From the NCBI GenBank assembly GCA_965205015.1, contig OZ242029.1, positions 3,008,001-3,072,000 on the forward strand: 64,000 nucleotides of DNA. Direction: 5' to 3'. Numbering within the stretch: the stretch's first letter is position 1; each line of letters starts with the position of its first letter. This document shows, piece by piece, positions 54,446 through 63,693 of the stretch. The translations under genes and the position numbers were made by a program. The stretch comes from Candidatus Poribacteria bacterium. GTDB lineage: Bacteria > Poribacteria > WGA-4E > WGA-3G. The notes beneath the pieces are model-generated. The model searched no databases. It had not been told where the DNA came from and worked only from the letters and a program-made list of their open reading frames with translations.

Positions 54446-56800
54446 ATGGCATTTCTCAATCCATTTTTTCTTTTTGGACTCCTCGCCACCGGTATCCCCT
54501 TAGTCATTCACCTCTGGAACCGTCGTCGTGTTGTGACAATTGATTTTAGCAGTCTGATATTCATCACGGCAGCGCACCGCGAAAATGCTCGCCGATTCCA
54601 ACTCCGTCAGTTTCTCATTTTGCTGCTACGCATGGCAATTATTGCGCTCATTGCCCTCGCCTTGGCGCGTCCGTTTTTGACACTCGGGCTGCCGGTCGCA
54701 TCCGTGCGGGCGAAGACAGATGTGGTTATCGTCTTGGATCACTCTTACAGTATGGCGTATCAAGACATCAATGGCATCAGGTTCGACAAAGCGAAAATTT
54801 TGGCGACCGATATCATTGATACCTTGCGCCATGGCGATAGGGCTGCTCTCATATTAATGTCAGACATCCCGAAACCTGTCTTTCGGCACCTCACACCCGA
54901 CATTGAGAGCGTCACCGAAGCGATTAACGATACAGAAATTTCCTACCGCACTACGAATGTTCAGCCCAGCCTTGAACTCGCCCATGAGATCCTCACTGAA
55001 TCGGAACAACTCAACAAAGAAATCTATTTGATTTCGGACTTTGCCCAAAATGGATGGGAGAACTGGAATAGGCTTCCAAATCGGTCTGGTGCACGCATTT
55101 CTCTAATTCCGGTTGTTGAGGGTGAAGCACATAACATAAGTATTAAAGAAATTCGTCCGTCTCATCAACTAATAGGCGTAGACTTACCATTTCAATTAAA
55201 CGTGACGACTGTGAACCATTCAGTAGCACCTTCACGTCAAAATATACTCACACTGTTTATTGGGGGCGAGAAACAAAAGATCATGAGTCTTTCTGCGGCG
55301 GCGAACGAATCGCTGAACACCGCTCTAACATACAATTTTTCGACGCCCGGCACGCATATCGGTTACCTCACACTAACGGACGATCGCCTCAATATTGACA
55401 ACCACCGTTATTTTGCCTTGGATGTACTCGGTGAAGTCCGTGTGCTCTGTGTCGGTGAACAAACGGAATATCTGACGTTGGCGTTAAATCCACATACAAA
55501 TAGCCATCAGCAGTCAGCAGTCGACAGTCCGCAAGAGACTGGAATGGAAGAAGGGAAGGATGGAAGAAGGCCCGCCTCCCAATCTTCCAACCTTGAAACC
55601 TTCCAACCAAATGTCGACCGCCGATTGCTGACAGCCAATACAATGATTCTCCCAACGCAATGCACACCTGATGAATTTGAAACCTTTCCGTTGGAAGACT
55701 ATGATGTGATTGTCCTTGCGGACGTGCGGACACTATCACTCCGAATGCGTGCCCAACTTCAGGAATTCATTCGCCGTGGCAAAAGTATCATTGCCTTCGT
55801 GGGTTCTCACAGCGATCCGACAAGTTACAATCAACCTCAGAATGTTTGGTTACCTGCCCAACTGGGTAATCCGCTGACTTGGGTCCCGCCCCAGCGAGTG
55901 CAGGCGTATGAGGAAACACATCCTATTTTCGACATTTTTCCAAGCGAAGGATTCTCTATGCAATACGCCCCACGGTTTTACAGTGGCATAACACTGCAGC
56001 CTTCGCCGGAATCTAACGTTATCGCGCGTTTCGGGGATGATACACCCTTTCTCGTTGAACGAAGTCAAGGCACAAGTGCCGTGCTGCTCTATAACTGTGG
56101 CTTAATGGCGGTCAGCGGTCAGCAAGAACGAGTCACTTCACCGGAAAACCTTTTAACCGACAGCCATTACACAAACGACCTCCTCGTTAATCCATATTTC
56201 CTTCCGATACTTCAGCAGAGCGTACTTTACGCCGCAATAGCCAGCAATAATATTTTAACATGGGGCGGACATGTCGGGGATACCTATACAGCGCGCTACC
56301 CTCGGAGTGCGGGTGGAAAAGCGTCTATTCGTTTAATGACGGTCAGCGGTCAGGAAGAGAATGGGATGGAAGCATGGAATGGAAGCATGGAAGGCGGGAA
56401 GAATGCACACCCAACCTTCCAATCTTCCAACCTTCCAACCAAGATTCTTCCCATCGCCGAAGATGGCACACTCCGATTTCAAGGCACAGAACGTCCGGGT
56501 GTTTATCAGATCGAAGTGCGAACACAAGACGGAATCCAACGTGACTTTTTTGCCGTTAATGTGGATACGACTGAAGCTGAATTAACAGAGATCCCGCTAT
56601 CACAGGCGGCAGCACGCATCGGGGCGCAAACAACAGCAGGTCCGGAAAGCGGAGAAACAACGGTGGCGGCTGATGCCTACAACGTTAAACGACACGGCAG
56701 GGAGATTTGGGGTGAGTTGCTTGTTTTCGTCGTTTGTCTGATGCTGCTTGAAAGTTTTCTCTCGAATCGCGAAAGTGCCCTGACCGTAGGTGAATCATAA
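54446..56800 (+). CDS. BatA N-terminal + vWA + GATase-like membrane protein
   Basis: FLNP.FL.GL....IP..IHL, LLLRM......LALARP, VLDHSYSM, LISDF, PGVY, AVN...E, E.W. Confidence 0.88.
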   Translation: MAFLNPFFLFGLLATGIPLVIHLWNRRRVVTIDFSSLIFITAAHRENARRFQLRQFLILLLRMAIIALIALALARPFLTLGLPVASVRAKTDVVIVLDHSYSMAYQDINGIRFDKAKILATDIIDTLRHGDRAALILMSDIPKPVFRHLTPDIESVTEAINDTEISYRTTNVQPSLELAHEILTESEQLNKEIYLISDFAQNGWENWNRLPNRSGARISLIPVVEGEAHNISIKEIRPSHQLIGVDLPFQLNVTTVNHSVAPSRQNILTLFIGGEKQKIMSLSAAANESLNTALTYNFSTPGTHIGYLTLTDDRLNIDNHRYFALDVLGEVRVLCVGEQTEYLTLALNPHTNSHQQSAVDSPQETGMEEGKDGRRPASQSSNLETFQPNVDRRLLTANTMILPTQCTPDEFETFPLEDYDVIVLADVRTLSLRMRAQLQEFIRRGKSIIAFVGSHSDPTSYNQPQNVWLPAQLGNPLTWVPPQRVQAYEETHPIFDIFPSEGFSMQYAPRFYSGITLQPSPESNVIARFGDDTPFLVERSQGTSAVLLYNCGLMAVSGQQERVTSPENLLTDSHYTNDLLVNPYFLPILQQSVLYAAIASNNILTWGGHVGDTYTARYPRSAGGKASIRLMTVSGQEENGMEAWNGSMEGGKNAHPTFQSSNLPTKILPIAEDGTLRFQGTERPGVYQIEVRTQDGIQRDFFAVNVDTTEAELTEIPLSQAAARIGAQTTAGPESGETTVAADAYNVKRHGREIWGELLVFVVCLMLLESFLSNRESALTVGES

Positions 56801-58845
56801 TGGCAGATTTTTTCTATGTCACGCGCCCGTTCGGAACTTTGTGCTTAATCGTTTTAATGGCAGTCGGCGGTCAGCAGTTGGCAGTCAGCGAGAGGAAACC
56901 TGTGTTAAACGAAAACTCCTTGGTTTCCGCCAGCCGGGAGCCGCCAGCCGGGAGTCACTCTTTAGAAACGATAGACGCTGCAGAAAACGAAAAAGCCGTT
57001 TTAGGAGATGAACCGAGCATTGTACGGAGCCTCGTAATTGATGGAAACGAGTCGTTTTCTGAACAGCAGATCCGTGCGCTAATGCGGACAGATGTGTGGA
57101 GTCGTTATGATGAAACCGTTCTGAAATCCGATCTTGAAGCGATTACACGCTTTTATCAGGAGAACGGGTACCGTTTCGCGCGGGTCGATGAAGAGCGGCT
57201 CTCTGTGAAGAAATTCGCAGACGGTGTTTATCTTGGCATTGAGATTGACGAAGGGCGTGTTGGTCACATCATCGTAACTGGTAATATACAGACGAAAGAG
57301 GACGTTATCCGCCGAGAACTCCTGTTTATGCAGGGCGATATCTATACAGAAGCGGATAGAGTGGAAAGCGAACAGATCCTCCGGCGCAAGACGTATATTG
57401 GTGCCGCAAAGGTCGACGCACATTGGGATGAATTGTCGAAATCGGTGACAATTCACGCGACGATTCGGGAACTTTTGTCCTTCCCATTTGGAGGGGATCT
57501 GAATCTCAACAACCAAAAGCGGTATTGGCTGCTACAATTTCGAGATCCGAACATGTTCGGGTCGGGGCAAAGCACTTTATGGCGTTATGAACGGATTAGC
57601 GAAGTCGGTGAAAAGACGCTGAGCCTTGTGAGGGGACGGTATAACAACCCACGACTTTTCAATTCGCACTGGAACTTTGATGGTGAATATATCCAGAAAC
57701 GGGACGGTGATTCTTTGCTTGTGTTATTAGAGCGTCCCCAATATACACTGAAAAGTCAATGGAGCGCAAGTGTACGTTTTTCTGAATCGGTGAATCCGAT
57801 ATATTGGTATGAAAACGCAAAGAAAACCGATACGTTTGAGCAAAATTTACAGGGAATCTATGCGAATGTCAGACGGTATTTTGGGGACAGACGGCAACAG
57901 AATTATATAGGGGTATGGGCGGCTTCACGGCGTTCAAAGTACGTGCTACTTGAGAAGTCGAGCGGCTCCGATGCAATGTTAGAGAACCGAGATATAAAAC
58001 GGGTCGGCTTCACCTTAGGTCGGCAACGCATTGCCTATCACAAGACCCGATTTCTCCGACGGATGGGGCAAGAAGAAAATTTCCTCATCGGTTCTCAATA
58101 CGCACTTTCTCTTGGATACGCTTCGCCGTTATACGCCTCGGACCGTTCAGAATCTTACGCGGAGTTGGCTTTAGTGTCCGGAGGGATGAACGGAAAGAAG
58201 TTCTTTAACCTGACAGCATTGGCGTTTAGCACAAACTTCACGAATCGGATTGAACGTTCTATCCTCCAGGCACAAACCGCTTGGTTTTACACAGATGTCT
58301 TCAACACAGGTGAGATCTATACGCTTGAAACCGGTTTTAGAGAGAATGGCCTCTTTGATTTTCATCAAACGTTTGTTGCGCAGTTTAAAACAGAGATGCA
58401 GTTTGGATGGAGTGGACGCAGCCAAGTGCTCTTAGGCGCATTCGACGGGTTACGCGGCTACGCCTATAGGCAGTTTAGTGGTGAAAAGATGATGTTGCTG
58501 AGCCTCGAAAGTCGAACGATATTCGGTGGAACAGTTTTCCGTAAAGTGGACGAAGCACTTGCAGCGGTCGCGACGGCTGTGGCGCGTCCGTTCAGCGACA
58601 GACGCGTTCATCTCGGCGTTATGTTGAGTGGCGTCGTCTTTGCAGATGTTGGATACATTTGGAACGGCAATCGCACTTTCAATTTACTAAGACCCAAGCG
58701 GAGCGTTGGGTTTGGATTGCGTGGGAGTCTCTCTCAGTTTAGTGGGACGGGTATTCTTCGGGTAGAATTCGCTTTCCCACTCGATCCACCCTTTGCGCCA
58801 TCGTTTAGACCTCGAATTTTCTATGGTCAGGAGCGAGCCTTTTAA
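56800..58845 (+). CDS. POTRA + Omp85 (BamA/TamA-like) outer-membrane protein
   Basis: I.GNESFS, FYQENGY, I.V.GN..TKEDVIRREL, LRGY, FADVG..W, SVGFGLR, C-terminal F. Confidence 0.88.
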   Translation: MADFFYVTRPFGTLCLIVLMAVGGQQLAVSERKPVLNENSLVSASREPPAGSHSLETIDAAENEKAVLGDEPSIVRSLVIDGNESFSEQQIRALMRTDVWSRYDETVLKSDLEAITRFYQENGYRFARVDEERLSVKKFADGVYLGIEIDEGRVGHIIVTGNIQTKEDVIRRELLFMQGDIYTEADRVESEQILRRKTYIGAAKVDAHWDELSKSVTIHATIRELLSFPFGGDLNLNNQKRYWLLQFRDPNMFGSGQSTLWRYERISEVGEKTLSLVRGRYNNPRLFNSHWNFDGEYIQKRDGDSLLVLLERPQYTLKSQWSASVRFSESVNPIYWYENAKKTDTFEQNLQGIYANVRRYFGDRRQQNYIGVWAASRRSKYVLLEKSSGSDAMLENRDIKRVGFTLGRQRIAYHKTRFLRRMGQEENFLIGSQYALSLGYASPLYASDRSESYAELALVSGGMNGKKFFNLTALAFSTNFTNRIERSILQAQTAWFYTDVFNTGEIYTLETGFRENGLFDFHQTFVAQFKTEMQFGWSGRSQVLLGAFDGLRGYAYRQFSGEKMMLLSLESRTIFGGTVFRKVDEALAAVATAVARPFSDRRVHLGVMLSGVVFADVGYIWNGNRTFNLLRPKRSVGFGLRGSLSQFSGTGILRVEFAFPLDPPFAPSFRPRIFYGQERAF

Positions 58846-58948
58846 TAGTTGTCGGTTATCAGGTCGGCTTTTCCACGAAAACCCTTTCGGTAATCAGTTA
58901 GGAGGCAATTGTTTAACGAGACCTTCTTGTAACTGAAAACTGATAACC
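58846..58948. repeat. Family C element
   Basis: TAGTTGTCGGTTATCAG...CAGTTAGGAGG...CCTTCTTGTAACTGAAAACTGATAACC. Confidence 0.75.
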
Positions 58949-58968
58949 CATTCAGAAAGAAAATTAGC

Positions 58969-60876
58969 ATGGTCCCCTCTTCGCAGACATCCAGCGAAAG
59001 TATCACATGGCGAGCCATCCTGTTAGGATTATTATCGCTGCCCCTTAATATCTATCTCGTGGTTCAAACGGAAACGGTGTGGACAACACAATATCCGACC
59101 ACAATGGCGATTTTCTTCAATGCCGTCTTTACCCTCTTTCTCGTTGCCATATTCAACCTGTTCTTGACACGCCATCTCCCGAAATGGCAGCTCACACAAG
59201 CAGAAATGCTAACAGTGTATCTCATGGTAACGCTGGCCTGCGTCGTCTGCGGGCATGACCTTTTGCAGGCGACAATGTGTGTTTTGGGGCACGCGGCGTG
59301 GTTCGCGACACCAGAGAATGAATGGCAAACCCTCTTCTTTCGCTACATCCCGGATTGGATTGCTGTCATGAATCGGCGTGCCTTAACCGGCTACTATGAA
59401 GGCACCTCGAATCTATTCGAGATGGAACATATTCAGGCCTGGCTCACCCCGGTATTGGCATGGCTTGTGTTCTTCTCGGCGCTGGCATTCTCTATGATGA
59501 TGCTCAGTGTCATCCTCCGTAAACAGTGGATTGAACACGAGAAGCTGAGTTACCCAATCATCCTGCTCCCTTATGAAATGACGAAAGATGCGGGGTTCTA
59601 TCGAAACCGTCTCCTTTGGATAGGGTTCGCTATCGGATGCGGGATCGATTTGCTCAATGGAATTAGTTTTCTCTATCCTTACGTGCCGAGTATCCCCATC
59701 CGCCACGATATTGGGGTCTTGTTCACAGAAAAACCGCTGAGTGCTATGGGTTCAACCCCGATTCATCTAAACCCCTATGCCATTGGAATTGGTTTCTTAA
59801 TGCCGTTGGATTTATCGCTCTCTTGCTGGCTGTTCTACCTTTTCTGGAAGGCACAACTCGTCTTTGGGGCAATGACAGGGATGAATCAGACACCGGGTTA
59901 TCCGCATATTGATATGCAGTCGACGGGTGCGTATTTTGGGCTCTGTTTTTTCGCGCTTTGGATAACACACAAGCACCTCTGGCAGGTTGTACGCAGTATC
60001 TTAGGTTTGAAAACGGGTCTTGATACAACAAACGAACCGATGGGATACCGGAGCGCGTTTGTTGGGTTCTTGCTGGGTATCGCAGTTGTGTTTGGATTTT
60101 GTTTGAAGGCAGGGATGTCGTGGTGGGGCGTACTTGGGTTTTTCAGTATTCAATTCATACTTGTTTTAGCGTTCACTCGGATGCGTGCCGAACTTGGAAC
60201 ACCAACGATGGATTTCTATCGTGCCGGTCCTGGACTCTTCCTGACTTCGCTTGTGGGTTCCAGAAAAATTGGTGCCCCAACGCTAACGGGGTTCGCTTTC
60301 CTCTACGGATTTACCCGTAATTACCGTTCGCAACCGATGCCGAATCAATTGGAAGGATTTAAACTCGCTGACAGAGGTGGGATCAACGTTCGTCAGATTC
60401 TTTGGGTGATGTGGGGTGCGACGGTAATTGGGCTGGTGATTGGGTTCGTTGCGTTCCTTCATGCGGGTTACTTACATGGTAATCTCGGCACATGGCGCGG
60501 GCAGGAGGCTTTCAGTGATTTACAACGCTGGCTAACGCTCCCGAACGACACGGACTGGGGACGCATGGGGTTTTTTGGTTTCGGTATCACCTTGACGCTC
60601 ACGACGCTCTTTATGCGGCTGCGATTTATTTGGTGGCAGCTGCATCCGCTCGCCTATCCGCTTGCGGGCAATTGGAACTTCGGTAGGCTCTGGTTTCCTG
60701 TATTCTTAGCGTGGGTACTAAAATCTATACTGATTCGTCACGGTGGGATCGGGGCGTATCGCCGAACACTGCCCCTGTTTTTAGGGACAATGCTCGGCGA
60801 ATTCGTGATGGGGAGTCTATGGGCAATTTTAGGACTGTTTCTCGGACAGCGGATGTATTCGTTCAAACATTGGTAA
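58969..60876 (+). CDS. Polytopic membrane protein (DUF6785 / OPT-related putative peptide transporter)
   Basis: Many TM helices, ATPENEW, RKQWIEHEKLSYP, RMRAELG, WW.LHP..YP, PLFLG..LGEF. Confidence 0.75.
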   Translation: MVPSSQTSSESITWRAILLGLLSLPLNIYLVVQTETVWTTQYPTTMAIFFNAVFTLFLVAIFNLFLTRHLPKWQLTQAEMLTVYLMVTLACVVCGHDLLQATMCVLGHAAWFATPENEWQTLFFRYIPDWIAVMNRRALTGYYEGTSNLFEMEHIQAWLTPVLAWLVFFSALAFSMMMLSVILRKQWIEHEKLSYPIILLPYEMTKDAGFYRNRLLWIGFAIGCGIDLLNGISFLYPYVPSIPIRHDIGVLFTEKPLSAMGSTPIHLNPYAIGIGFLMPLDLSLSCWLFYLFWKAQLVFGAMTGMNQTPGYPHIDMQSTGAYFGLCFFALWITHKHLWQVVRSILGLKTGLDTTNEPMGYRSAFVGFLLGIAVVFGFCLKAGMSWWGVLGFFSIQFILVLAFTRMRAELGTPTMDFYRAGPGLFLTSLVGSRKIGAPTLTGFAFLYGFTRNYRSQPMPNQLEGFKLADRGGINVRQILWVMWGATVIGLVIGFVAFLHAGYLHGNLGTWRGQEAFSDLQRWLTLPNDTDWGRMGFFGFGITLTLTTLFMRLRFIWWQLHPLAYPLAGNWNFGRLWFPVFLAWVLKSILIRHGGIGAYRRTLPLFLGTMLGEFVMGSLWAILGLFLGQRMYSFKHW

Positions 60877-60878
60877 GG

Positions 60879-60948
60879 TGGTTATCGGTTGTCGGACAAG
60901 AGGTGTTCGTTTAACAACACCTCTTCACTGAAAACTGATAACCGACAC
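60879..60948. repeat. Family C element between convergent genes
   Basis: GGTTATCGGTTGTCGG-ACAAGAGGTGTT...AACACCTCTT-CACTGAAAACTGATAACCGAC. Confidence 0.75.
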
Positions 60949-60951
60949 CCA

Positions 60952-61536
60952 TTAAAGTTCTTTGTTCTGGTCAAGCTGTTGTGTCCGAATCTCTTGGAGG
61001 ATTTCCACAACAGTCTCCATTTGCGCTTCAAGTTTGGCAATACGCTGTTCAACAGATGTCGCCTCCTCATCCTCGTCTGAGATGATCTCAACGGTCTCAG
61101 GGGCATCCGCATTATTTTCTTGTGTCTGTCCGCTCCAAACATCTTTGAGGAAAGAGGGCATTGATTGCCGCACAACTTCGCTGACATCTTTCAACTCATC
61201 GCCGATCGTTTTCTTGATGTGCGTGAAGTCGACGAAATCATCAGCGCAGCTTTCTTTAACGTAGGCAGCGACTTGGTGGCAGGCGAAGCAAATATCGCCA
61301 AGGGATGCCTCATCGTTCTCCAAAGGTTCAAATAGATCCTCGGGCACTGCCCCGAGATCGGTCAGGAGTTCAAGGGCGTTGTTAAACTGTCGAGCGCATC
61401 GCTCCTCACTCCCTGAAAATTGATCCGTAATCGCTGAGGTCTCTATGATGCGTGCAGTCATTTCCAATAGCCTCAGAATCTGGCGAATTTCCTTCTGCCG
61501 ACGGATTTCCTTCTGGGCTTCACGTTCGTTAGACAT
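60952..61536 (-). CDS. Hypothetical protein with C-terminal coiled coil
   Basis: 194-aa ORF with AGGAG RBS; acidic helical composition. Confidence 0.7.
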   Translation of the reverse strand: MSNEREAQKEIRRQKEIRQILRLLEMTARIIETSAITDQFSGSEERCARQFNNALELLTDLGAVPEDLFEPLENDEASLGDICFACHQVAAYVKESCADDFVDFTHIKKTIGDELKDVSEVVRQSMPSFLKDVWSGQTQENNADAPETVEIISDEDEEATSVEQRIAKLEAQMETVVEILQEIRTQQLDQNKEL

Positions 61537-61639
61537 GATTTTCTCCTATTGTCCGGCAAGCCTCTATAGGAGACCTGCGCTTATGGATTTGCCTATATAG
61601 AGTCCCTTAAGATAGAAAAGGATAGTAAAAAATTCAAAA

Positions 61640-61700
61640 TAGTTATCGGTTTTCAGCAGTCAGTCGGATTTTTTTACAAAAAACCCTTTATTGATAACCA
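61640..61700. repeat. Family C element (short)
   Basis: TAGTTATCGGTTTTCAGCAGTCAGTCGG...TTGATAACCA. Confidence 0.55.
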
Positions 61701-61702
61701 TC

Positions 61703-62920
61703 TCACGACGAGGTTTCTGACTTTAACTCGGCGACGTTCCGGCGGATTTTAATCGCCGCCTTAATAATATCCTCTATATCCTCTTCACTCGCCATCAACA
61801 CGTTTTGACTTAAGGAAAGACCTGTTTGGCATATCTTTTCAGTTTCGGGACACTGCACATCGTCATAATTGAGATTTTGACCGAAAAGGTTAGAGGCGAG
61901 AAAGGATGCCCGGTACATAGGCGTCGTATACCAATATCCCATCGGTATCCCTTCGGCGCGCATTGCCTGGAGAAACGTCTCCCGTGAGATGCCTTCAAAT
62001 TCCTCCGAATCAAAGATCGCCTTATAGCCGTGGCATCCGCCGCGCGTGGCACGCGGGTCGAGCGGTGTGACTATGATGCCCGGGATCTCGCCGAGCCAAC
62101 CATCTAACCATCGCATGTTCTTATGCCGATAGTTGGTTTCCGCTTCGAGTCGAGTCAAACGGGAAAGGAGTAATCCTGCCTGCCACTCCGTCATTCGGAA
62201 GTTCCCGCCAAAGGGTTCCGCCTCTCCAAACTCGGCATCGGGTAGCGTGCGCCCACAATTGTGCAATGCCCATGCCCGTTCGTAGAGTTCCCGATCATTT
62301 ACAAGGACGATGCCGCCTTCGCCAGCACATAGGTTCTTAGATGATTGGAAACTGAAGCATCCGAAATGTCCCCAACTGCCGACCCCTCGTCCGCGCCATT
62401 CCGCGCCGTGCGCCTGCGCGCAATCCTCGACAATCCCCAGGTTATGCCGATTCGCGATGTCAATCAGCGCGTCCATATCTGCGGGATAGCCGGCGATATG
62501 AACCGGTAAAATGACTTTCGTTTTCTCGGTTATAGCGGCTTCAACCTTTGAAGGATCCAACAGGAAGCTGTCCGGGGCAGTATCTACAAAGACCGGGGTG
62601 GCGTGGGTCATTAAAATCGCGACGACTGTGGCTTGGAAAGTATAGGGTGTGGTGATAACTTCATCGCCTGGGCAAACGCCAGCGGCTTTCAGGGCGATAT
62701 AGAGTGCCGAGGTGCCGCTATTGACGCAAACGCCATAGGTCGCACTTTGGAATTCAGCGAACTGTTGTGCAAACTCAGGAACTTTCGGTCCACCGACCCC
62801 CCATTGTCCACTCCTATAAATGGTTTCAAATGCTTCAAGGTCTGCTGGATCAAACGTGGGCCATGCAGGGAATCCAGCGGTTCGGACAGGTTCGCCTCCG
62901 TTTATTGCTAATGTTGCCAT
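61703..62920 (-). CDS. DegT/DnrJ/EryC1/StrS aminotransferase
   Basis: LAINGG.P, NSGTSAL, PVH.AG, EDCAQAHGA, FSFQSSKNL.AGEGG, NFRMTEWQA. Confidence 0.95.
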   Translation of the reverse strand: MATLAINGGEPVRTAGFPAWPTFDPADLEAFETIYRSGQWGVGGPKVPEFAQQFAEFQSATYGVCVNSGTSALYIALKAAGVCPGDEVITTPYTFQATVVAILMTHATPVFVDTAPDSFLLDPSKVEAAITEKTKVILPVHIAGYPADMDALIDIANRHNLGIVEDCAQAHGAEWRGRGVGSWGHFGCFSFQSSKNLCAGEGGIVLVNDRELYERAWALHNCGRTLPDAEFGEAEPFGGNFRMTEWQAGLLLSRLTRLEAETNYRHKNMRWLDGWLGEIPGIIVTPLDPRATRGGCHGYKAIFDSEEFEGISRETFLQAMRAEGIPMGYWYTTPMYRASFLASNLFGQNLNYDDVQCPETEKICQTGLSLSQNVLMASEEDIEDIIKAAIKIRRNVAELKSETSS

Positions 62921-62942
62921 CTCTTCATCCCCCTTCGGTTTC

Positions 62943-63497
62943 CTAAGGTAATTTCTCTATGTAATCCTGCAAATCTGGGAATCCCGTTCTATGAATTATT
63001 TCCTGTAAGCGGTGCTCCACATGTCCAGACTCGACTTCAGCGATCAATGCCTTTAGGACTTCCAGTGCTTTTCTTTCCAATTCAGCGTCAATCACACCCT
63101 TCTGGACTGCTTCTTCAAATTCGTCTTCGTCCTGAATTTCGTAGGTGCCATCAGGATTTATCCAAAGGTCTAGGAACAGATCCGTTATTTCGAAACGATT
63201 CAGTTTCCCGTTTGCATCCACGCTCCGTTTGACGGGTTTCAGCACATCACAGTAATAGCCGGTCCACTCGTTTTCCAGATTATAGACCTTGCCGACATCA
63301 TACCATAAACCTGTAAATACAAACCAGATTGCGGCGAAGTTATCTCCTAAAACCGTCTCACCGTTCTGAACTATGGGTGAGGACGGTTTAACGCGTTGAG
63401 ACGTAACAATAACCGCGTCGTCGAGGTAAAGTAATTCTTGTTGAAAGTGGTTGACTCGATTGGGGGGTCTTTTATAGGTAAGTGTTACTGTTTCCAT
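62943..63497 (-). CDS. DUF402 domain protein
   Basis: WF.F...WYD, GYYCDV..P, DLFLDLW..PDG....DEDEFEEA. Confidence 0.9.
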   Translation of the reverse strand: METVTLTYKRPPNRVNHFQQELLYLDDAVIVTSQRVKPSSPIVQNGETVLGDNFAAIWFVFTGLWYDVGKVYNLENEWTGYYCDVLKPVKRSVDANGKLNRFEITDLFLDLWINPDGTYEIQDEDEFEEAVQKGVIDAELERKALEVLKALIAEVESGHVEHRLQEIIHRTGFPDLQDYIEKLP

Positions 63498-63592
63498 TCT
63501 TTAATTTTACCTTGCGGATAAGTGACGAGATTTGTGCTTTGACGGTTGTCGTGTTCGAGCCGCCCTCCACTTCGTTACGGGCTGCGTACTTG
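63498..63592 (-). repeat. Element L copy
   Basis: GCAGCCC-GTAACGAAGTGGA-GGGCGGCTCGAACACGACAACCGTCAAAG...CACTTATCCGCAAGGTAAAATTAAAGA-ATG. Confidence 0.88.
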
Positions 63593-63693
63593 TTTCACTT
63601 CTGTCCACCGAAATCCTCAAACCTTGTCACGACGTCACCAAAAACTCGCAAGGACAACGGACGCAGCAGTTCAGTAGCAATAAATTAAACAGT

